The position numbers were made by a program, and so were the translations under genes. The notes under the pieces were generated by a model, which had not been told where the DNA came from, made no database searches, and saw nothing but the letters and a program-made list of their open reading frames with translations. 64,000 nucleotides of DNA from an uncultured Desulfarculus sp. (GTDB taxonomy: Bacteria > Desulfobacterota > Desulfarculia > Desulfarculales > Desulfarculaceae). Positions 18,189-26,631 of the stretch are shown piece after piece. Each line of letters begins with the position of its first letter. Positions within the stretch are counted from its first letter, which is position 1. The stretch is from NCBI GenBank assembly GCA_963665125.2, contig CAXXUK010000001.1, positions 1,856,001-1,920,000 of the forward strand, given 5' to 3'.

Positions 18189-19963
18189 TTATGTGCTCCT
18201 TGTGGGTTGTTGTCGTCACTCATATCAGGGTTCAAGGCCACTACCTCGGCCTCGAACACCTCCATGGCCGCCTGCACCGCCGGATGCTCGGCCAGTCCCT
18301 GGACTTTTTCCTGGACGTCCCGGCCGTTGCCACCCCTGACGGGTTCCGGCGCCTTGCCCGGCCGCAGCTTGATCAGCGGGGCCGAGCCCCACAGATCGGC
18401 AGCCACGCCGCGCAGGCGGTTTTCAGTCTCGCTGTTGCAATATTGCGCGGCCTGGCCCGGCGGCATGTTGATCACCAGGGCGCCGCCTTCGTTTTCCGCG
18501 TCGGCCCGCCGCAGATAAGAACCCAAAACGATCTCGCCCCGGGACACAAATTCGGTCAGCTCCTTGAGCGCCTCGTTGGGATCAAGTTCCAAGGGCGCAG
18601 CGCTGGCGGGCTGTGGAGCGGCCTTGGCCGGCTCGGGCTTTGGCTCGGGCTTTGGTTCGGGCTTCGCAGCCGGCTCTGTCGGGTTAGCGGGTTCCGGGGC
18701 CTGGGCCTGCTGTTGTGGCGCGGCCGCCGCACCGCCACCGCCACCCGCGACCACTGCCTGAGGCGGCGGGCTCTGGGGCGTCTGGGCCGTTGGCGGCGGC
18801 GCGCCGCCGGACTGCGGCGTTTCAGCCCCCAGCCCCTGGCCCAGGCGGGCGATGATATCGTCAAGGCTCAGCACGGGCCGCACCTGGGTCAGCTTCAGGA
18901 GGGTCATTTCCATGACCAGCCGGGGCTGGCTGGCCCGGCGGAACAGCTCCTCGCTGGCGGCCAGGTGCTCGAATATCTCGTGCAGGGTCTCGGCGCTGAC
19001 CTGCTTGGCCTGCCTGGCCAGTTCGGCAAGCTCCTCTGCGGTCAGACCGAAGATGTCAGCCCCCGGCGGGGCGCTCTTGGCCGCGGCCAGGTTGCGGAAA
19101 TGCTCCATCAGAGCATTGTAAAAGGCTTGCATCTCGCCGCCCGCCGCGTAGACATCGGAGACCAGCTCCAGCACCCGGCCCGGCTGGGCTTCCATCACGG
19201 CCTGGGCGGCCTGATGCACCAGTTCGCGGTCCACCAGGCCCAGAAGGCTCACCACCTCCTGGTGGGTCAGCTCCGTGCGGCCCACGCTGAGCACCTGGTC
19301 CAGCAGGCTCAGGGAGTCGCGGATGGAGCCGTCGGCCTCCCGAGCCAACAGGGCCAAGCTCTCGGTGGGCAGGCTGAAGCCCTCGGCCCGGCAGACATTG
19401 GCCAAATGCTCGGCCAGAACCCTGGGCGGCAACCGGCGGAAGTCGTAGCGCTGGCAGCGGGAAAGAATCGTCAGGGGCACCTTGTGCACGTCGGTGGTGG
19501 CCAGGATGAACACGGCGTGTTCGGGAGGCTCCTCCAGGGTCTTCAAAAGGGCGTTGAAGGCGGCCTTGGAGAGCATGTGCACTTCGTCGAGAATCGTCAC
19601 CCTGGTGCGGGCCGACTGGGGCCGGAAGCGGATCATCTCCCGCAGTTCGCGCACGTCCTCCACGCGGGAGTTGGACGCCGCGTCGATTTCCTGCACGTCA
19701 ACGGCCCGGCCCTGGTCGATCTCCAGGCAGTGCACGCACTTGCCGCAGGGCGTTGGCGTGGGGCCGTGCTCGCAGTTGAGGGACTTGGCCAGGATGCGGG
19801 CCACGGAGGTCTTGCCCACGCCCCGGGGGCCGGTGAAGCAAAAGGCGTGGGCCACCCGCTGGCTTTCAATGGCTCCGGCCAGGGTGCCGGTTACGTGCTC
19901 TTGGCCCACCACCTGCTCAAAGGTGGCCGGCCTGTGTTTGCGGGCCAGGACAAGATAGCTCAC
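18185..19963 (-). CDS. dnaX: DNA polymerase III subunit gamma/tau
   Basis: SYLVLARKHRP, GPRGVGKT, DEVHMLS..AFNALLKTLEEPP, SRC; Pro/Ala linker. Confidence 0.97.
   Translation of the reverse strand: MSYLVLARKHRPATFEQVVGQEHVTGTLAGAIESQRVAHAFCFTGPRGVGKTSVARILAKSLNCEHGPTPTPCGKCVHCLEIDQGRAVDVQEIDAASNSRVEDVRELREMIRFRPQSARTRVTILDEVHMLSKAAFNALLKTLEEPPEHAVFILATTDVHKVPLTILSRCQRYDFRRLPPRVLAEHLANVCRAEGFSLPTESLALLAREADGSIRDSLSLLDQVLSVGRTELTHQEVVSLLGLVDRELVHQAAQAVMEAQPGRVLELVSDVYAAGGEMQAFYNALMEHFRNLAAAKSAPPGADIFGLTAEELAELARQAKQVSAETLHEIFEHLAASEELFRRASQPRLVMEMTLLKLTQVRPVLSLDDIIARLGQGLGAETPQSGGAPPPTAQTPQSPPPQAVVAGGGGGAAAAPQQQAQAPEPANPTEPAAKPEPKPEPKPEPAKAAPQPASAAPLELDPNEALKELTEFVSRGEIVLGSYLRRADAENEGGALVINMPPGQAAQYCNSETENRLRGVAADLWGSAPLIKLRPGKAPEPVRGGNGRDVQEKVQGLAEHPAVQAAMEVFEAEVVALNPDMSDDNNPQGAHK
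18629..18665 (-). repeat. Three imperfect 12-bp tandem units encoding (KPEP)n in the DnaX linker
   Basis: ggctcgggcttt ggctcgggcttt ggttcgggcttc on the + strand. Confidence 0.6.
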
Positions 19964-20039
19964 GCGGGCGTTGCTCCGTTGGGCCGAATCGGCCTAAATA
20001 ATTGGTTTGCCGTCGATTTTACAAATCACAGGTTGCGTA

Positions 20040-20069
20040 AAGATAACATCCTGACCCGTGCCCTGTCAA
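20040..20069 (-). promoter_or_regulatory. sigma70 promoter for dnaX
   Basis: Minus strand TTGACA-N18-TATCTT with extended -10 TGn. Confidence 0.55.
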
Positions 20070-20091
20070 TTTTGTGTGCGCCGGTTGGGGG

Positions 20092-20982
20092 CTAGTAGTT
20101 TTTAGCGAAGCCTTCCAGGCGCCGCCTGCGCTTGTTGGCCGCGGCAAACCACAAAACCGCCACCACGACCCCGGCCAACAGGGCCAAGGGATATGGGGGC
20201 ACCGCGTCGGACACCAGGCTGACCCAGAGCCACAGGGCGCTAAAGCCGAAAGCGATAATGGCCATCCACCATTTACGGCTCATGAATACGAGCACGATGA
20301 CGCCCATGGCCGATAAAAGGCAGCCCCCGGCCCACAGATAGTCGGGCAGGGCCGACATATGCACGCCTTGGCCGGCCTCGGCCCTGGCCTTGAGGCCCAT
20401 GAGCATGCGCCGCTCCATGATGTAATGCAGGGGCATCGTCATAAAGTAGCCCGCCTTGTCCGACAGGGTCGGCGTATCCCAGCCGTGGGTGCGCACGATA
20501 AGCTTGGTCTTGTCAGGCCCGGCGTCTTTGAGCATAAAGGCGCCCCAGTGTTTGAGCACAAAATACTGGCCCGGCTCGGCGGACATGACCTCCCAACGAT
20601 AGAACTCGGGAACCTCGCGCCCTCCCGCCGTGGCTGGCACCACCCGGCCCACGGGCATGTCCTGATACTCCGGGACGATGGTAATCATGTTGCCGGTGTC
20701 ATAGCCCAGCAGGTTTTCTAGGAAGGTGTAGCTGTAGAAACCACCCCTGTCCGCGCCCAGTTGCACCAGCCATTGCCAAACCACATCCCTGGGCGCGTTG
20801 ATTTCGATGGCCCTGGTGGAGCTGGCATAGGGCGCCAATTCATCGCCGGGCATGGTCGCGGCGGCCTCCTCGCCCGTTACGCCCCATTGCAGGATCTCCG
20901 GGCGGATCAAGGCGTAATACAGCCCGGCGTCAAGGGCCAGGATCAGCAGCAGCAACGTAAGGGATTTTAGCAGGTTGGACAT
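20092..20982 (-). CDS. Membrane-anchored SRPBCC/START-like hypothetical protein
   Basis: N-terminal TM, WG.T.EE...PGDE, TRAIEINAPRDVVWQWLVQLG..RGGFYSY, three C-terminal TMs. Confidence 0.7.
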   Translation of the reverse strand: MSNLLKSLTLLLLILALDAGLYYALIRPEILQWGVTGEEAAATMPGDELAPYASSTRAIEINAPRDVVWQWLVQLGADRGGFYSYTFLENLLGYDTGNMITIVPEYQDMPVGRVVPATAGGREVPEFYRWEVMSAEPGQYFVLKHWGAFMLKDAGPDKTKLIVRTHGWDTPTLSDKAGYFMTMPLHYIMERRMLMGLKARAEAGQGVHMSALPDYLWAGGCLLSAMGVIVLVFMSRKWWMAIIAFGFSALWLWVSLVSDAVPPYPLALLAGVVVAVLWFAAANKRRRRLEGFAKNY

Positions 20983-21172
20983 GGCGGCCTTCCGGTGTGA
21001 GTGCGGCTTGGCCTATCCTGGCACAATCAGCGGCCAGGTCAAGGAATATGCTGGGGCGGGAGCGGGTTGTCGGTCTTTCCGGCGCAGCTTTATGTTAGGC
21101 TGTTCCGCGACAGCTTAAATCACCTCGGGCGATGACAAACCTTGGCTACATATCAACACAAAGGAGCCCATC

Positions 21173-21613
21173 ATGCCCATCGACCAGGCAATGTGGAAGT
21201 TCATCCAGGAGCATTTAGGCTACGATGACGAGCAGATGGCCCTTTTCAAGTCCAGGTCCAAGAACGCCGAGATCGTCGAGGCCGCTCCGGCCCTGATGAG
21301 CAAGACCATCGTGGCCGAGGTGGTGGACGCCCACGGCTGCGCCAGCCAGCACAAGGTGGGCGACAAATTCTACTTTGACGGCGCGGGCAACCTCCTGACT
21401 CAGCATGCGCCCAAGCGGGTCTGTGTTCATGCCTTGGCCGCCCTGTCCGGTTCGATGTACGTGGTCAACGAGCTATTCTATGCCGGGGCCGACCCCAACG
21501 ACATGCGCCTGAACCGGGTGGGCTGTTTTGACGTGGGCGTGCAGTGCGGCGGGTGGGGCCATGTGGCCATGGAGGTCACCATGCACGACACCGCTGAACT
21601 GGATCTGAAATAG
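21173..21613 (+). CDS. Cys-rich hypothetical protein (TIGR04076-like)
   Basis: AAGGAG RBS; GC..HKVGDKF, VCVHAL, GCFD..CGG pattern. Confidence 0.75.
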   Translation: MPIDQAMWKFIQEHLGYDDEQMALFKSRSKNAEIVEAAPALMSKTIVAEVVDAHGCASQHKVGDKFYFDGAGNLLTQHAPKRVCVHALAALSGSMYVVNELFYAGADPNDMRLNRVGCFDVGVQCGGWGHVAMEVTMHDTAELDLK

Positions 21614-21718
21614 CCGCGACGAAATAAACCAGTTTTCTCGCGGATAAAAATCGTTTATTTTCCTACCTGCCGCAGAGGCGGTTATCCCGAGTCGCCCGAT
21701 GTTTACAAGGAAACGGAA

Positions 21719-22708
21719 ATGAACGCCATGCGAAATCTTGCCACGGTATGCCTGGTCCTGGTCTGTCTGCTCGCTTTGTCCGCCGCCGCCCATGCCGACG
21801 ATGCCCAAAGCCCTTCGCCCGAGGCTTCCCCGGCGGTCTGGTCCGCCGAGGCCAAGATCACCAAGCTGTTCGACAGCTATACGTCCTATGAATTCGGCAA
21901 TCTGTTGGAGCCGTATCAGGCCCCGCTGAGCCGCCTGGAGTTCGCCCTCAACACCTGGTGGGGCGGCGTGGAGATCAAACGCTGGACTCCGCGGTGGTCC
22001 ATCGGTCTGGAGGCGCTGACCAACATCCAAAACGGCGTGGACGGCAAGATGGCCGACTCGGACTGGACCGACGGCGATCACCCCAAAGTCCGCGACATCT
22101 ACTCGGAAAGCAACCTGCGCCTCAAGCCCAGCTATATGGTCAACGCGTCGGCCGACGTTTCGGTCAAGCCCTGGCTGCCCCTGCCCGACGGCCTGGATCT
22201 GCGGCCAACCGGCGGCATCCGCTGGCAGTTTTTCGACTTCATGGCCTTTGACGGAACCCAGTGGGAAACCCTTCCCGACGGCAGCGTGGAAACCATTACA
22301 CTGACCGGAGATTCGATTCATTTCAAGCAGACGTATTGGCATTACTTCGTGGGTCTGCGCCTGGACTGGCAGCCCATGCCCCAGGACAACCCCGGTCTCA
22401 GGCTGCGGGCCCAGGTGGACTGGGCCTATGTGACGGGCAGCAACACCGATCACCACCTGCTTCGTAAGGGCAACCGCCTCACCGAGGAACGCACCGGCGG
22501 CGAAGCCTGGCATGCCTCCCTGGGCCTGGAGGCTCCGGTCTTTGACAACTTTTTTGTGGGCATTCAGGCGGAATACATGACCATCGACACCAGTGGTTCC
22601 CACCGCCTGTACAACGACCTGTTCGACATAGACTTGACCTGGACCAACGGCGTCAATGTATGGTCCCAGCAGTGCAGCCTGAACATAGCCTGTAAATATT
22701 GTTTTTAG
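21719..22708 (+). CDS. Omptin-family outer-membrane protease
   Basis: Signal peptide, LSRLEF, GKMADSDW (D-x-D), NTDHHLLR (D-x-H), beta-strand periodicity, C-terminal YCF. Confidence 0.8.
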   Translation: MNAMRNLATVCLVLVCLLALSAAAHADDAQSPSPEASPAVWSAEAKITKLFDSYTSYEFGNLLEPYQAPLSRLEFALNTWWGGVEIKRWTPRWSIGLEALTNIQNGVDGKMADSDWTDGDHPKVRDIYSESNLRLKPSYMVNASADVSVKPWLPLPDGLDLRPTGGIRWQFFDFMAFDGTQWETLPDGSVETITLTGDSIHFKQTYWHYFVGLRLDWQPMPQDNPGLRLRAQVDWAYVTGSNTDHHLLRKGNRLTEERTGGEAWHASLGLEAPVFDNFFVGIQAEYMTIDTSGSHRLYNDLFDIDLTWTNGVNVWSQQCSLNIACKYCF

Positions 22709-22748
22709 GATGACGTATCCCCCGTGGCTTGCGGCGGGGGATTCATCC
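22708..22748. terminator. Stem-loop between convergent genes
   Basis: GGATGA..ATCCCCCG / CGGGGGAT-TCATCC inverted repeat. Confidence 0.5.
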
Positions 22749-22756
22749 TCCGGCCG

Positions 22757-23470
22757 TTAGGGGATCATCACCTCAAGGCCCCGGCGGCCCGTGGCCTTGC
22801 TGATCTTGGCCTTGTTTTTCAGAGCCTCGGCCTTATTTGTGCAGCAAGCCGCCCAAACGCGGTGCCAGGTCTTGCCGCGCAACTTGACCGTCTTGATGGT
22901 GGCTTCCCAGCCCTTGGATTTGAGCAGCCGTACATCGCCGTCCGCGCTGGCCTTTTTCAGGTTGCTGGAAAAGAGCACGGCATACTTGCCGCCGGATTGC
23001 TTGGCGCTGAGTTGTTTGGCCACGACGGCCTCTTCCGCCATCACCTGCTTTGCCTGCTGCTGTTCCATCACCTGTTCGGCCGCGGCGACCGAATCTAGAC
23101 CGGCGATGGCCGCGCGCATCTCGGCCACGGCCCGGACCCTGGGGTAGTCGCTGCGCTCCGGGCCCACCGACGCCCTTTGGATGCCGGTGGTCCAGACCTG
23201 CCGGGCCACCTCGGGCTTGTTGTTGTCTTTGTAGATCAGGCCCAGCTGATAATAGGCATGGTACATGTCCGGGTCGCTGTTCAGGGCCGATTGAAGCTGC
23301 TCGGCGGCCTGTTCGGCGTTGCCGGCGTCCTTGAGGGCCATGGCCCGGCCAAAGTGGGCCTGGGCCGCCATTTCCGAGGAATAGCCGCCGCCGTTGCCCA
23401 CACCGGCGCAGCCATACATGACCAGGGATATCAGCGCGACAACGGCGATATGGACGATCCGGCGTTTCAT
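22757..23470 (-). CDS. TPR + SPOR domain lipoprotein
   Basis: Lipobox MYGC, TPR helices, C-terminal YAVLFSS...GKTWHRVW SPOR pattern; GAAGGAGG RBS. Confidence 0.75.
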   Translation of the reverse strand: MKRRIVHIAVVALISLVMYGCAGVGNGGGYSSEMAAQAHFGRAMALKDAGNAEQAAEQLQSALNSDPDMYHAYYQLGLIYKDNNKPEVARQVWTTGIQRASVGPERSDYPRVRAVAEMRAAIAGLDSVAAAEQVMEQQQAKQVMAEEAVVAKQLSAKQSGGKYAVLFSSNLKKASADGDVRLLKSKGWEATIKTVKLRGKTWHRVWAACCTNKAEALKNKAKISKATGRRGLEVMIP

Positions 23471-23542
23471 GGGCCCTCCTTCCCTTGCTGGATGCAGGTT
23501 CTGGGGGCAGATTAGCACGGGGCGGGGCCCCAGGCCAAGCGA

Positions 23543-24436
23543 CTACTCGCTGGTGGGGTCGTCCCCGCTTCCGTCGCTGGACGAGTTGGGCTCGTCGCGT
23601 TTTGAGCCGCGGATCAGTGGCAGGACATGCCCCCCGCCCGAAGGAATCTTGAAAGTGGAGTTTTTGCGGTTGCCCAGACGCTCCCTGGCCCAGCGTTTCT
23701 GCCGGCGCTGTATCTCGGCAGGATCATAGAATTTGGTCCAGTCCTCGGTGTAATGCCACAGCTCTGGCTCATCGCTGCGGAAGGACCATTCGACCTCCTC
23801 CGGGCCGAAACCGGCCATGTACCAGGCGTCTTCGCTGCGAAGGTGCAGTTCCTCACGGGCAAAGCTCAGAAGGGCCAGGCGGTACTCCACCCGCCGGAAA
23901 TCCAGGAGGATCTGGCCGGCGAGTTGCCTGAGCACCCTGTCTTCCTCTTCGTCCATGAACCGTTCGCCGATGATGCGAAAAACGTGGTCGTTGCTATCCG
24001 GATGTTTGAAGGCGATGGCCGCCATAGATTTTAGGGCGATGTCCCGGACGGACCACCCTGCCGTTACATCCCTGGCAACTGCCGTCAGCCCTGCCAAGGC
24101 TATGGGACCCAGGTCGCCGAACATGGAAGGCATCAATTCGGTGACCCAGTCGCAATCAAAGGCATCGGCCCAGCGAAGGGCGGAAAGCATGGGCGATACT
24201 TCTTCGTCCGTGCCGCGCATGGCCAGAATATAGGTGGCGTGGACCACGGCCCACCACTCGGGCAACTCCGTAAGCCAGTTGGGCTTGTCGGTCACCACCT
24301 GACGTAAATAATCCGCAAGGCTGTCACGCCGCGCTATTTCCTGGGCGGCCTCCAAGGGCAGCCGATCCTCGGCCCAGAAAAGCATCTCAATGAGCTGTTC
24401 ATCGGCCAAGGAGGTATAATCGAAACGAAGCTGCAT
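23543..24436 (-). CDS. DUF1186-like alpha-helical (HEAT-like) protein
   Basis: HATYILA, DWVTELMPSMFGDLG, VRDIALKSM; GAGG RBS before ATG 24436. Confidence 0.6.
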   Translation of the reverse strand: MQLRFDYTSLADEQLIEMLFWAEDRLPLEAAQEIARRDSLADYLRQVVTDKPNWLTELPEWWAVVHATYILAMRGTDEEVSPMLSALRWADAFDCDWVTELMPSMFGDLGPIALAGLTAVARDVTAGWSVRDIALKSMAAIAFKHPDSNDHVFRIIGERFMDEEEDRVLRQLAGQILLDFRRVEYRLALLSFAREELHLRSEDAWYMAGFGPEEVEWSFRSDEPELWHYTEDWTKFYDPAEIQRRQKRWARERLGNRKNSTFKIPSGGGHVLPLIRGSKRDEPNSSSDGSGDDPTSE

Positions 24437-24540
24437 CAGTACCTCTTGTTTGGCAAAAAGAGCAGGCTTGGAGAAACCCAAGCCTAAGGCCAGACTATAC
24501 CCGAGGCCTCGGCGGCTTACAATAGAACAAGGAGACAACC

Positions 24541-24852
24541 ATGGCCATTGTGCAATTTTCCGTGGTGCCGCTTGGAACGGCCGGGACCAGTCTTTCTTCG
24601 TACGTCGCCCAAATCCATCAGGCCCTTGAACATTGCGGCCTGGTCCATGAACTTACGCCCATGGGAACAATCATCGAAGGGCCCCTTGACCGGGTGTTGG
24701 ACGTAATAAAACAGGTGCATGAACTGCCTTTTAATGCAGGGGCCTCGCGAGTGATGACCCTGGTCAACATCGATGACCGCAGGGACAAACAGGCCACGGC
24801 GGCGGACAAGGTCGCCAGCGTCCGGGTCAAACTTATTCCGGCATCGGAGTGA
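24541..24852 (+). CDS. MTH1187/YkoF-family thiamine-binding protein (UPF0045)
   Basis: FSVVPLGT..SLSSYVA..LTPMGTIIEG..RV....IDDRRDK. Confidence 0.9.
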   Translation: MAIVQFSVVPLGTAGTSLSSYVAQIHQALEHCGLVHELTPMGTIIEGPLDRVLDVIKQVHELPFNAGASRVMTLVNIDDRRDKQATAADKVASVRVKLIPASE

Positions 24853-24923
24853 ACCCTTGTCAGCGCTGTTGGGTTAAACTATATGTAGCATAATAAGAGA
24901 AGCTTACGTTCGGGGGTCAGCCA

Positions 24924-26219
24924 ATGCGCAAAATGCAACGTCTGAAACAAGCCATCTCCCTGGGCCTCGTCATGGCCATGGTCCTGGTCTCGGCCTGTGT
25001 GAAAAACCCGGTCACCGGACAGGACGATTTTTCCCTGATGAGCGTGCCCCAGGAACTGTCTCTGGGCCAGGAACTGTACCCAAAATACACCCAACAGTCC
25101 AACGGCCTGCCGGCCAGTGATCCCGGTCTGCAATCCTATGTCAGTCAAGTGGGCCAGTGGGTGGCCAAAAACAGCCACCGCCCGGACATCCCTTGGGAAT
25201 TCAACGTGGTAAACAGCAGCGACATCAACGCCTATGCCCTACCCGGCGGCAAGATTTCAGTGACAAGGGGTTTGGTCAACAAGTTTAAAAACGAAGATCA
25301 ACTGGCCTTTGTGTTGGGCCATGAGGTGGGCCACGTGGCCGCCCGCCACTCGGCGGCCCACTACACCAAGGGCGTTGTCGTCTCCCTGGTGGTGGCCGGG
25401 GTTGGGGTGGCCCTCGCCGACAGCGACTACCGCCAACTTGGCGAAATGGCCGCCGTATTGGGCGGGGCCATGTTGTTGGCCAGCTACAGCCGCGACCAGG
25501 AGCGTCAAGCCGACGCCTTGGGCCTGGAATACATAACCAAGGCGGGCTACAACCCAAACGCCGCCGCTGACGTGCAGGAGATTTTACTGAGCCTGCACAA
25601 AGAAGATCCGAACCTGGTGGAGCGGCTTTTCGCTTCGCACCCAATGAGCCAGGAGCGTCTGCAGAACGTCAAGGACCAGACCAACACAGAATTCGGTTGG
25701 GCCACGGCGCGAAGGTATAAAAAGGAGCCGTTCGTCAGGGCGACGGCTCTCCAGGCCAGGCGCAAAGCCGCCTACAATGCCATGGACAAGGGTGATGAAC
25801 TGTTCGCCAAAAAGCAATATTCCGCCGCGGCCGCCCAGTACCAAAAGGCCTCTACCTCCTTTCCCCAGGAAGGCTTGTTCCAGTCCCGGCTGGCCAAGGC
25901 CGAGTTGAAGATGGGCCGCAACAGCGACGCCCTGACCCACGCCAAGCAGGGCGCCAGGCTGCGTCCGGACCTGTTCGAAACCCACATGATCCTCGGGGCC
26001 ACCTATCAGGTGAACCACCTCTACCAAAAAGCCACCGTGGAGCACCAACGCTCGGACAAACTGCTGCCCACGGCCCTCAACAGCTATATGATGGCCACCG
26101 CTTTTGACAAGATGGGCCAAAGCAGCCAGGCCTCCCGGCAGTATCGGAGAGTGACGGAAATGGCGCCGGACAGCCAGTTGGGGCGTGCCTCCAAGGTGCG
26201 GCTGATGCAGCTAAAATAA
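24924..26219 (+). CDS. M48-family metalloprotease lipoprotein with TPRs (BepA/YfgC-like)
   Basis: Lipobox VSAC-VKNPVTG, NAYALPGG, HEVGH, YSRDQERQAD, SHP. Confidence 0.9.
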   Translation: MRKMQRLKQAISLGLVMAMVLVSACVKNPVTGQDDFSLMSVPQELSLGQELYPKYTQQSNGLPASDPGLQSYVSQVGQWVAKNSHRPDIPWEFNVVNSSDINAYALPGGKISVTRGLVNKFKNEDQLAFVLGHEVGHVAARHSAAHYTKGVVVSLVVAGVGVALADSDYRQLGEMAAVLGGAMLLASYSRDQERQADALGLEYITKAGYNPNAAADVQEILLSLHKEDPNLVERLFASHPMSQERLQNVKDQTNTEFGWATARRYKKEPFVRATALQARRKAAYNAMDKGDELFAKKQYSAAAAQYQKASTSFPQEGLFQSRLAKAELKMGRNSDALTHAKQGARLRPDLFETHMILGATYQVNHLYQKATVEHQRSDKLLPTALNSYMMATAFDKMGQSSQASRQYRRVTEMAPDSQLGRASKVRLMQLK

Positions 26220-26224
26220 CAGCT

Positions 26225-26620
26225 CTAGCGCATTTGCAGACGCCCGGCGGCCATGGGCCACAGGAGCATGGTCAAGGGCACCATGGGCCATAGCCGCCCC
26301 TCAAAGACATCGTATCCGGCCATCAGCGCGGGCCAATCCTTACCCATGGCAAAATGGCCCACGCCCAGTTCAAGGGTCAGCGACATCACGGCCCAGGCCA
26401 GGCCCAAAATAAACAATTGGCCCAGGAGGAGGCGGCCTGCCCAACGAACGAACCCGGTGATCATGGCCATGATGTTCAAGCATATCAACACAGTGATCAG
26501 GCTGTGGGAAATCTCAGAGCCGATCAATTGGTCCAGGACAGCCGCGCCAAAGGTCTGAAACAAGGCCATGACGGCCATGAAACCCAACCAGGCCAAGGCT
26601 GCCGTGATATAGACCACCAC
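26225..26620 (-). CDS. Small membrane protein (about 4 TM), probably co-transcribed with the ASKHA gene
   Basis: Hydrophobic segments; 11-nt gap after the upstream gene; GAGGGG RBS. Confidence 0.7.
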   Translation of the reverse strand: MVVYITAALAWLGFMAVMALFQTFGAAVLDQLIGSEISHSLITVLICLNIMAMITGFVRWAGRLLLGQLFILGLAWAVMSLTLELGVGHFAMGKDWPALMAGYDVFEGRLWPMVPLTMLLWPMAAGRLQMR

Positions 26621-26631
26621 CGGCCCCCTCG

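Noticed and set aside
18185..19963. Programmed -1 frameshift in dnaX
   Set aside because: No A-AAA-AAG site after the gamma domains; the only A-run noticed (GAAAAAG near 18304-18310) is close to the C-terminus.
19964..20091. SRP RNA or tRNA upstream of dnaX
   Set aside because: No SRP GGAA tetraloop helix or cloverleaf is visible; the region is explained by a promoter.
18179..20095. 638-aa + strand ORF
   Set aside because: Antisense shadow of dnaX caused by GC3 bias; no recognisable motifs.
24541..24852. TPP riboswitch or thiamine regulon linking the MTH1187 gene and thiL
   Set aside because: No TPP aptamer motif (CTGAGA...) seen upstream of either gene, and they are 18 kb apart.
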